Source of the DNA: Octopus sinensis
Lineage: Eukaryota
Direction: 5' to 3'
Assembly: GCF_006345805.1 (NCBI RefSeq)
Contig: NC_042997.1
Coordinates: 96,286,001 to 96,350,000 of the forward strand
Length of the DNA: 64,000 bases
This document shows, one piece after another, positions 50,375 to 64,000 of this stretch. Below the pieces are notes generated by a model that was not told the origin of the DNA, did not search any database, and saw only the letters and a list, made by a program, of their open reading frames with translations. The position numbers and the translations under genes are program-made. The number at the start of each line of letters is the position of its first letter. Positions within the stretch are counted from its first letter, which is position 1.

Positions 50375-50912
50375 CACACACATATGTATATGTATATGTA
50401 TACTCACACACATATATCTGATATTCACGTCGATGATTTTTTAAATTTCTAAATTCAATTATGTTGTTGCAATAAAAATTATTATTATTATTATTATGAT
50501 GCAAAATAATTTGCTACTCGAAAATGCTCGTAGCATCTGTATAAATTGAAATAGATAGAATATCTAAATCTGACAACAAGATGGCGAAATAACTGGACAG
50601 GGAACTGGAATTGAATTAATCAGAAAAATGCACTCATTCATAAGCAAAGGATTAGAAAAGAGGAATCTATATTTAAAAAAAATATATTCATATAATTCTG
50701 GTAGAAACATTTTGTTTTTCAACGCACTTTGAGTTTCAAGATAATATTCGACTGGCGCGTAACCTTAAAGAAGTTTAGAGATATACATGACTTTGGTAAT
50801 CCTAAACCCACTCCCTACGTCATTCACTTTATAATCGCTATTTGTAGAAATCTGTACTGATTTAAACTCTGTAAGCGAGTATTCAACGCATATCTAAATC
50901 CAAATACATATA

Positions 50913-51778
50913 CGTGGTCTGATCAATATGTATCTGGACTGTTGCTATAGTAGCGATGCTAAAGCACGCAGAGTGAAATTGCTTAGCATAGATTGTCCTT
51001 GAACTCTGCTGTGGATTAAGGTTCAACATTCTAGCTTACTTCCGCTATTTGCTGCAGACTTAGAAGGTAAGTGTGCAGCGTGTGATCGCCGCATTGACCA
51101 TGACGCAGAAAGTTGAGCGGAGAATATCCATGGAATTTCGCCAAAAGCTTGGTGACATCTGCTCAGAGGCCTATGCCAGGTTTTCCAAAAATTTTCATCG
51201 CTCTCGTCACAATCAAGATCTTGTGCAACTGAAAGCCAAGTGTCCTGTTGGTCAGCTGAAAGCAGTTTTAGCACAAACTTGGCAGACACGCGTCTCATAC
51301 CCAAATCTTCAGTGATAACAGATTGGACTGAACCGTAACTACTCTACACATCTGATAGCTCACAGAAGGTGATTCGACGATTTCCCCTCATCACTGCTTG
51401 CACATCTGCGATGTTTTTCTCAATTCTGCTGGTTGCTGGCCTCCAAAAACGTTTGTCAATATCGACATTTACTTCGGCCATCTTGGAAACGTCTGAAACA
51501 CTCCCACACTTGTGGTGTGGATCATGCACTCCTCTCCTTACACTTTCTGCAACTTTCTGTAGGCCCCTGAGTAGGTATCGCCATTACAACTTTCTCTGTC
51601 ATCTGTCAATGCAACGATCACACGCTACACACCTTCCTTCCAAGCAATGCTGTAAACAGCGGAGTTCAAGTTCAAGTGCACAGCAGAGTTGAAGTTCAAT
51701 TGTGCCAAGCGGGTTTTCTCTGTGTGTTTTAGCTTCGTTATTATGGCAACAGACCGGATACTTATTGATCAGACCTCG
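50913..51778. mobile_element. Rearranged mariner-like element (866 bp) made of two inverted 5' ends
   Basis: TIRs CGTGGTCTGATCAATATGTATC / GATACTTATTGATCAGACCTCG with TA on both flanks. Transposase N-terminus on + (MTQKVERRISMEF) and on - (MTEK..., RRVSAKFVLKLLS...DENFWKT). Confidence 0.85.
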
Positions 51779-51984
51779 TATAAGCTATATCAAATGTAGA
51801 ACACTGTAAATGATTTGCTTCAAAACCCACGTTTAGAAGGGAGAAAATGTTATTGATTGAAAACACATGTGTCTGTATAAAATTATGTGTCGTATGCGTA
51901 GGCGACGGGCAGGTGTGTGAAATAATAATGAGGACAACAATAATTCTTCATGATTTTCGCACGAGGCAAGCAAAGGGTACCGAT

Positions 51985-52090
51985 ATTAATGCTCAATTGG
52001 TACATACTTTATTTAACACCGAAAGAATGAACGGTAAAATCGACTCGGGCGGAATTTGAACTCAGAAGGTAAGGAGCTAAAAGATATATC
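51985..52090 (-). mobile_element. SINE family B remnant
   Basis: AATCGACTCGGGCGGAATTTGAACTCAGAA. Confidence 0.65.
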
Positions 52091-52186
52091 TCTAGACATT
52101 CTATCTAACAATTACTACTACTAATAATAATAATTATAGTAATAACAATAATAATAATAATAATATAATAATAATAATAAAAATAA

Positions 52187-52217
<31 letters not shown>

Positions 52218-52238
52218 AATGATAATAATAATAATAAT

Positions 52239-55412
<3,174 letters not shown>

Positions 55413-55458
55413 TAATAATAATGATAATAATAATAATAATAATAATAAAATAATAATA

Positions 55459-55497
<39 letters not shown>

Positions 55498-55509
55498 GTA
55501 AAAGACTAC

Positions 55510-55810
<301 letters not shown>

Positions 55811-55942
55811 GCAACAACAAAAACAACGCCCGGAGATAAATGTATCAACAAAAAATAGAAACTGTTAAATGGCGGTGCCCCAGCATGGCCACAGCTCATG
55901 AGCTGAAACTAGAATCAATCAATCAATCAAAAAAACAAATAC

Positions 55943-57860
55943 AAGAAGCTGAAGAAGCTACGTTACGACCAATGTTTTCATTCAGAGAACTCGGAGGCAG
56001 TGATGTCTCAAACAATTAACCATAAACAGACCGATCCACCCGTAATGTCAGCGTCCAAGCTCGTCATGCCTCAATGATAGCAAAGTAAAATACAAATCGC
56101 ATACTCGTCACCCGGATGACCAAGGGTGGCGTACTCGAGCGATGAATCAGATTGGGTACGGAAAATCAGCTACTGGTTCAAATATCGAAACACGAGAGCT
56201 GGAAGTGCTCCACAACCAGAATATTCCAACAGATGGCCACCCATGCTTGTCAATATATATCCAAAAGAAAAGCAATTAAAAATAGTAAGGGAGATAATAA
56301 AGAAGTTCTTAAGGCTTTGTATTATGTATTTCCACACAAATAAATCTAATACTGCATAAACCTACTTAAACTGGAGACAAAAACACGTTGAAGTAAGATC
56401 CTACATAGGCATTAACAGACTTGCCAACGTCAGAAGAAATATAATGAAGTGAAAATGACTAACTGAATTAGATTGATCAAATTAAGCAATCAGTAAAGGA
56501 TAAAGGGAACGAAGTTGCAGCTAAAGAAGATACTACAGAGGAAATAATTATAGACCAGCCCAGGTCTAATAAAATGCTGTAATGATTGAAAGAGTTCAAC
56601 GTAACTAATAAGCAAAGCGAAATACTCTCAAACCAACCATAAACACTAAGGCAGTTGAAAATCAAAAGCATGAAGAAAATCACACAGAAATTGACCCAAC
56701 AATCAAATCCTGACTGACTGGCTGAAAATTAAAGAAACCAGTATGAATGGACGTGACACTCTCCCAAAAATTCGCAATTCGAACCGAAACCTGAAAGAAG
56801 TGGTAAAATCTGCCTTGTACTTAAGGGTATAATTTCAACTAATGATGTTGAAACCACCTGTACTATGCATCCGCGAAAATCTCAATGAGTCTATGTGGTG
56901 AAAGGGTTAGAAAATGACAACATTCCCACAAAAAGCCAACTTGATAAGAGTGTATTCAACACCAAATTCAGCTACTTAGGCCTGATAAAGAATCTTTAAA
57001 AAAAACATAAGTTTGACAAGACTATCAAACCAACAAAAGTACTTAAATTAAAGAAAAAATATAAGAAAACCATGCTTGACATCGATACCACCATAGCAAC
57101 TATCAAGCAAGAGGTATGTGCTAAAGCTGCCCGCACAGCAAGGTATAAAAAGTGTATTATATTCTTCAATGACAACATATTCAATAATAACCCAAACATT
57201 TTTACAGGGAGATAGGGAAAATACAAGTTACAGTAAAGTCTGTCCCATCAAAATTTGGAATAAAATTTGGGCAGACGAAAAAATACACAACGAAAGGGCC
57301 AATTGGATTGGTAGAATATCTACTTACTTAGACTCCTTAGAAGAGCAAAGTGGGAGGGTATCAAGTTAGAGGATGTAAGATCTGCTCTCAGGAGTCAGGC
57401 AAATGGAAGTCACCAGAAAAGGATAAAATTCCTAACTTCTAGTTGAGTGCCTTCCCAGAGAGCCATGAACTGCTTATAAAACTTTACAACAATATTTTAC
57501 AACCTAGTATGATTCCCTCTTGGTTAGTTAATGGTGTTACATTCCTACTTCCAAATAATAAAGAAACAAATCAACCAAAAAATTATAGTATTTTGCTTAA
57601 CAACAATGTATAAGATACTAATATCTGTTTCGACTGAATATACCTATAGTTTTTTTTTTAATAGAAATTAATATATTCCCTCATGAGCAAAAAGGATGTA
57701 AACGTGGATCTTATGGTTGTACTCGTCAATAAGATGATCTGGGAAAATTGTCACAAACGACACAAAAACTTGTCGATAGCCTGGATAGACTATAAAAAAA
57801 ACTTTTGATAGCCTACCACATATCTGGATTAAGAAATGTTTGGAAATGTACGTACACTTA
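55943..57860 (+). mobile_element. Older, 3'-deleted copy of R4-like family A (5' half)
   Basis: Collinear with the reverse complement of 47500-49315 (for example GCAGCTAAAGAAGAT...GGAAATAATTATAGACCAGCCCAGG). Homology stops just after DYKK.FDS. Confidence 0.85.
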
Positions 57861-57989
57861 TGGCAGGAAAATTGAGAGAAACATCCAACGTTAATCTTAA
57901 CTAACAGAATGTCATAGAGGATTTGAAACAGCGGAGAGCTGCAAATAACGAGGCGTGTTTGAAGATGTAAACAGGATCGAACCATAAAT

Positions 57990-58294
57990 CTCACAGGGAT
58001 TTGGATAATCCTTCTCTGAAAACATGGGTGTTTTGTTTAACAACCTTAAACAACCTTTATTCAGGGACCTTTTGAGTGGGATGGGCTACTCAACCTGAAG
58101 AAAATTCTAACTAGGCCCCCACTTGCAAGTTCATGAGCTTATAATCTTGATATGAGATCACCATGTCATGCACATATGGTTGTGATGCATGTGCCTGGTG
58201 TAACTTTTTCAGGCGAGCAGTCATGATGGGTATTCTGAGCTTTGTACATTTTACCTCAGTGTCACTTTGATGTCATGCACTGCTCTTACACTCA
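57990..58294 (+). mobile_element. Retroposon X, 5'-truncated, (AAT)n tail
   Basis: Matches 2000-2288. Confidence 0.8.
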
Positions 58295-58587
58295 ATAATA
58301 ATAATAATTTCTTTAAATAACCATTTAGGCATGGATGAGGGAATATCACAACAGCAGAAAATAATTTGTGTGCAGATTTACACAAAGAATGGGTAGGAAT
58401 TAACTGAAAAGATGGAAAAATGCGATAAAGGTAACGTGGTAAACAAAGAATGGGATAACATGAATGATACAGTCCTCATGATACAAGTGATACAAGAGAA
58501 ACTCTAACTAGGGCCAGTTAAGAATTCCAACACATCCAGGATTAATTTAACCACCAAAGATACGAATCTTCACTCCTGCTCTCCAGT

Positions 58588-59650
58588 CTATAGGCACATA
58601 CTTAGGGTAGGGCCATTCACTCTAATCGTTTTACCAGATTCACCCATGTTTTTACAAATTCACTGGGAAGCACCTCCCTATCCACGCTCACTTTCTTTTC
58701 CAAGTGTACCTTAAAGAGGTCCATCACAGCTTGACTGAAGAGGAGTGTCTTTCCTTAAACATTTCTGCTTTGTCCACCATGTAACCTCTTTTACCATAGT
58801 CACTAGAGAGAGGAATACTGCCTGCCTTACCTTGTCTGAGATGGTTGGTAGGACGATTATCACGAGGCCAATGGTCGGATTTGTCCCACACATGATGACA
58901 GCTATTCGACAACATCTACAAGTCTAATAAATGGCATAGCCGCAAGGCTTGCCTGATCATTAGCAGCCATGACACTGCAAGCCAGCCGTCCAGAGGTCGC
59001 TGGCAACAGATGGACGACCTGACCAGTGAAACACATCCTTTCCATGAGAAACGGAAACGAAAACGCTCTAGTTCGACTTGATGTGGACTGGGGTAAATTA
59101 TTAAATAGGCGATGTGCGCATTCGCTACCTCTGCTCAATCTTTCAGAGATTATTTCCTTTTGCTCATTTCAGAGTGAATATGGCCACTTTGTAATCTCAA
59201 CCTGGAGTCCGCGTCTAACCAGACACCGAGCAATTTCGCTGGTTCATCTGCCCATCGACCAAATATACTATTCAATGCTATAGTCTTGCCTCTCCAATTG
59301 CCGATCCGCAGGTTTACCGGTTTCTTCAGATTTATCTTAGCTTCTGCCTTAGCCTTGTATTCCTTGAAAATGGAATCAGCTACCTGAACTTGTGCGGGGC
59401 CACACACCAAAACCATGATACCATCCTCATTTACCCTGTATTCGTCACTTTTCTCAGCAAAGTCAACACACCTCGGCTCACAGACCTGGAAATTCCTGCA
59501 TTTTGTGGTATTTGTTTTTGCCAAGAGGTCACAAAACAGATCTGCTATACAACTCTGAAACTCACAGGGCAAACCATCCAAAATTCATGATTTGTCCTTT
59601 GCGAAGCCACTAATACTTTTCATATCTCAGTTGGTGATTTAGGCATTTCA
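58588..59650 (-). mobile_element. Tx1/L1-clade LINE fragment (late RT to C-terminus, internally deleted)
   Basis: Motifs AKINLKK..LRIGNWRGK...GRWADEPAKLLGVW, AEVANAHIA, VRSSICCQRPLDG and FKVHLEKKV...VNGPTLSMCL*. Confidence 0.75.
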
Positions 59651-59837
59651 CGGCACCTAGCCCCTTTTTCCGAGACATTAGAAGAATAAAAAATGACAAG
59701 CTAACTTGACATCAACGGGATGCGAATACTGTTGTTGTTTGCCACTTCATTTCCTACATATATACATGTATATATATGGGCGCGCGCACGTGTGTGTGTA
59801 TGTGTGCGCGCGCGTGTGTGTGTGTGCGCGCGCATGC

Positions 59838-59869
<32 letters not shown>

Positions 59870-60949
59870 ACGTATATATTCAAATATGAATGGAAGTAGC
59901 CGACGGCTATAAGCAATATCGAACACAGTTACGCAAGGTCAGTTAGTGAGCAGGCTGCGACTGTAGGCATAAGAGAATATATGAATATATTCCCATGAAT
60001 TCGCCATGTGTTAAGTCTCCTAGATGTCATAGGCAAGCGTGATAACTTGCATCAGGCGCCATTACAGGAGCGACAGACATTATTGTTTCATCATCTAGTG
60101 ACTTGTCAATACCGATGCCAGCTAAATCACATTCTATGACTATATGCAAAAGAGTGTAAGAACCATTTCATGGTACATCCGAACGTTTCATACCCTTTAA
60201 CGGGACCTAAGTTATTTCGTTTGCCTGTGATTTCCAGATAATTTGACACAGGTGAATTGATGAGAATATATTATCTCACGCCTACAATCACAGTCTGCCC
60301 ACGAACTGACAAAATAGTCAAAACATTCTGCATATGTGTTCCATATTGGTTATGTATATGAATGTATATATATATGTGTGTGTGTAAGTGTGTGTGTGTG
60401 TGTATGTGTGTACATACACATGTATACATATATATGTGCGTGTACGCGCGCGCGTGGCTGTATTGGATAAAATGAATGCTTTAGCCGTGAAGAACCATAT
60501 ATTTCTCAGAGTTTTCATTACTTTAGTTTAGACCCAACATTTGTTTCAATGTTAGATATTCAAATATCATCAGTCTTAAAATTAACTAATATCTAAGAGA
60601 ATTATATAGTATCACACATAAATACATAGATATGTTCGTGTGCGTGCGCGTGCTTGTGTGCGTGTGGGCGCTTGTGTGTGTATGTGTGTAAGTATACATA
60701 TATTTACGTATGCATCTTTGTTAATGTTAGCTTGTATATATTCATGTAATCATTTGAAATTTTGATATAATGTTAATACTAATTACTTTGGTGCATTGAG
60801 AACGTAAGTGTCTATCATTCTGGCATTTTCTTTTTTCTTTTCTGGCATATAAATGAAGACGTTTATGTCATGCATGTTTACCGGTAACCATCTTACATTG
60901 AATTATCGATTGGAGTCTCCCACCCGAACCTTCTCCGAGGCAGCCTATT

Positions 60950-62780
60950 AAGTTCTTTATCGTCGATGAGTGGCAATGAAGATATTGCCGGAGTTTGAAC
61001 TCAAATTGTAAATAACTTATAGATATACTCCAAGATAGTTTTGCTGCCGCGCTAACGATTCTGCCAACTCAACACTATACATAAAAATTGTTTCTATTTT
61101 AGAGAGAGGGTCAACTATCTTAGGGAGTCCAAGGGTAGGCACCATCGCCTTCAATAACTGACCGACACATTGTTTTTCAGTTTCGGAAGAATAAAGTTTA
61201 AAGTCAATCTCGGATGGATTTGAAATCATAACGTAAAGAGATGGAGCAAATAAAGCAAGGAATTTGTTTTAAAGAAAATAGTTTGTGATATAAGCTCAAG
61301 GTCGGCAATATTAGATGAAGGGGAGTTGTTGATTACATTAACACCAATACTTCACTGGTACTTTATTTTATCAGCACCGAAATGATAGAAGATAAAAGTT
61401 GACCTCAGCTGGAATTGAACCATGTACGTAAAATACTGTAGGACATTTTTCCTAACGCCCAATGATTCTGCCAAACTCACCACTTTTAGTAACAATTGTG
61501 TTGAATCTACACAGAAACCCGACAACTGTAGGGTTATAGTACTTTATTTTACCAACCCTGGAGAGATGTAAAGGAAATATAATCACGGTGGAGTGTAAAA
61601 TCAGATTACAAAGTGGCTGAACAAATATGGTAAGAAATTTTTACCAAAGTCCTCAAGATTCTGTCAATTGATGGCCTTTTGAAAATGATAATTATTTCAA
61701 ATTTGATAATGTCAGTAATTTTAGAAGAGGCTTACTCGATTACATACACGGGATCTTTTCAGTTTGAACGGCTGTTTTTTTTTTTTTTTAATAATTTCCA
61801 CGTAACTAAACACTTTTAAACTTCGTATACTGGTAGAATGTGTTTATAAAACATCTCTTTTTCTTGGTATAATTGAGAAAATTATATAGTTTGTAAGATA
61901 TTTGTTGTTGTTTTGCTTCAATTTCTGCAGTTTCAACCAATCAATGACGGCTATTGAGGTGAAAACATTCTGTGCCGTATTAATATGTCCCTCGTTTAAG
62001 AAATAGATTGGGTTTATTTACATTTGTGAAGAAAAAAAATACCCTTCTCCCCACCCCTAACCCTCACCCTAACTAACCCTAAAAGAGATTGAAATGCTAT
62101 AGATCGATACTAGGGTCATAATTATGGGTGACTATTTCATATGACACTGCTAGAAAAAACTGCCGTTCAAACCGAAAAGATCCCATACACGCCACTACTT
62201 GATGCTGCAATCGTTTATCGATCCTGAAAGTATCAAAGGTATAGTTGACCACGGAAGGATTTGAACTCAGAACGTAAAGAGCCTGATCAAGTGCAGCAAC
62301 GCATTTTTTAACGAAGCGCTACCTATCAACCAGCTTACCATAATAATAATTATTTCAACGAGAGGTGCAATGCCCGAAATTTAGTTGGGGTGGGGGATCG
62401 TTGATTACGTTGATCCCATTGCTTGACAAGTTTATCGACCGTAAAAGTGTAAGTGACTAAGTCGACCTCGGCAATATTTGAACTAAGAACCTAGAGCTAG
62501 TAGAGATTCTGCAGATCATTTTGTCTGGCATGCTAACGATCCTGCCAGCTCACCGCCTTCCATAACAAGGGTTTGAAAATTTGGTACTAAGCCACTAATT
62601 TTAGGGGAAGGCACAAGTCCATTATAACAAACCCCAATATTCAACTCGTTCTTATTTTATCGACCCTAAAAGGCAAAGTTGACATCTGCGGAATTTGAAC
62701 CGGGATCGTAAAGACGGACGAAATGTCGCTAAACATTTTGTCCAGCGTGCTAACGATTGTGCCAGTAACCCGCCTCCCAG
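60950..62780 (-). mobile_element. Cluster of about six co-oriented, mutually diverged SINE family B copies
   Basis: Copies near 60950-61075, 61315-61480, 61500-61680, 62190-62340, 62370-62560 and 62590-62780. Each has variants of the GACC...TTTGAACTCAG...CGATTCTGCCAGCTC blocks. Confidence 0.7.
61750..62184. mobile_element. 435-bp MITE with 6-bp TSD (ATACAC) and internal CCCTAA motifs
   Basis: TIRs GGGATCTTTTCAGTTTGAACGGCTGTTTTTT / AAAAAACTGCCGTTCAAACCGAAAAGATCCC, with ATACAC on both flanks. Confidence 0.9.
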
Positions 62781-62959
62781 AATGGGAGTAATTTTGGATG
62801 GAATTAAGAAAATGATAACAGTTCAAAGGTCAGTTAACATGCTATAAATAGAAGCTAAATACTTCCAATAATAAAGGTGCTAAAAGATATAATGTGATGT
62901 GACAAGTGAACCGTTTTAGCCATAATTCTACTCGGCCACGACTGACTTGGGACTAATAA

Positions 62960-63420
62960 ACAACATTAACTTGAAGAAATTGAGAGAAACGGGAAATAAA
63001 CCAAATGAAATTGCATCAGAGAGAAAATGCAGGAAAGTTTTGGGATTATAGAGAAATAAACGACAGTGAGAGGGAAAGAAAAGAATAGGAAGGAAGAAGG
63101 GCGGAGAAATCGCATAAAACATTTATAGGGAGAGAGTGGAGTAAAAAGTAAAAGGAAAATGAACAAAATGACGTGAAAGAAAAGGAGGAAGAATAAGATA
63201 AAATAAAATAAGAGCGAAAATTGTTATGACGGATATACAAAAAGGATATAGATAAAGACAGGAAGGAAATAAAGAAAACAAATATTAAATGAAGAAAACT
63301 GAAAAAATTGAAAAGCTGAGAGAGAAAGAGAGAGAGACAGAGACAGAGAGAGATAGAAATACAAAGTAATACGGAAGAAAAGGAAAAAAAGGAAAAAAGA
63401 CAAATAAAACAAATATATAT
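62960..63420. repeat. A/G-rich low-complexity tract
   Basis: Directly visible. Confidence 0.7.
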
Positions 63421-63890
63421 ATACTTGTGTGTGCGTGTGTATGTGTATGTATGTATATATGAATTGCGAAAGAAGGTCACCATAAATTGGGAAAATTTTT
63501 TTTTTTTTACTTATTATTATTAGTGTCTACCCAAAAAACAAAAAGAAAAGTAAAACAATGTTCTCTTCTAAATAAAACAACAAAAAACATGTTTTATATA
63601 AATGAACAACCTGTTTGCACATTGACAATCTTAATTGACAAGTTCGAAAAACGAACAAAAGCACTAATAATAATGAATAACAAAAAAATCCAAAATTCTG
63701 GCGACCTCCTTTTTTCTCAATATGCAATATCTGTACACCACTTCTAACACTCCACACACACACATACATACATACATACATACATATATCTATATATACA
63801 TACATATATACATATACATATATATATATCTATATATACATACGTATATATATATACATAATATATATATATACATATATATATATATAT

Positions 63891-63932
<42 letters not shown>

Positions 63933-64000
63933 TATATATACATATATATATAAACATATATATATATACATATATATACATATATACATATTCATACATA

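Noticed and set aside
59768-59875. Alternating purine-pyrimidine tract with (CG)n runs, potential Z-DNA
   Set aside because: Ordinary (TG)n-derived microsatellite. Similar tracts occur at 3690-3745 and 60420-60455.

Overview
AT-rich eukaryotic DNA, densely packed with microsatellites and transposable elements. The repeat families resemble those I recall from Octopus/cephalopod genomes; this is inference, not a database match. I found no supportable host protein-coding gene, rRNA, intact tRNA or CRISPR array, so the window looks intergenic or deep-intronic. Contents: four families of R4/Dong-like non-LTR retrotransposons (RT plus REL endonuclease); RTE, CR1/Jockey-like and Tx1/L1-like LINE fragments; Penelope-like (PLE) fragments with minimal hammerhead ribozyme (HHR) motifs; four tRNA-derived SINE families; a Tc1 element with DD36E spacing; mariner and maT remnants; a non-autonomous Helitron; several MITE/foldback elements; and an 84-bp minisatellite. 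Best leads: (1) R4-like elements sitting in specific microsatellites, (TAA)n for two families and apparently (CATA)n for a third; (2) PLE HHRs with stem-I covariation, a family-shared A6U core variant and a tandem pair that could heterodimerise; (3) a SINE flanked by a ~200-bp direct duplication within nested templated repeats; (4) a DD36E Incomer-like Tc1; (5) a mariner built from two 5' ends; (6) an 84-bp array with a perfect POU octamer in 11 of 15 units. Coordinates were read by eye, and the boundaries of degenerate elements are approximate.
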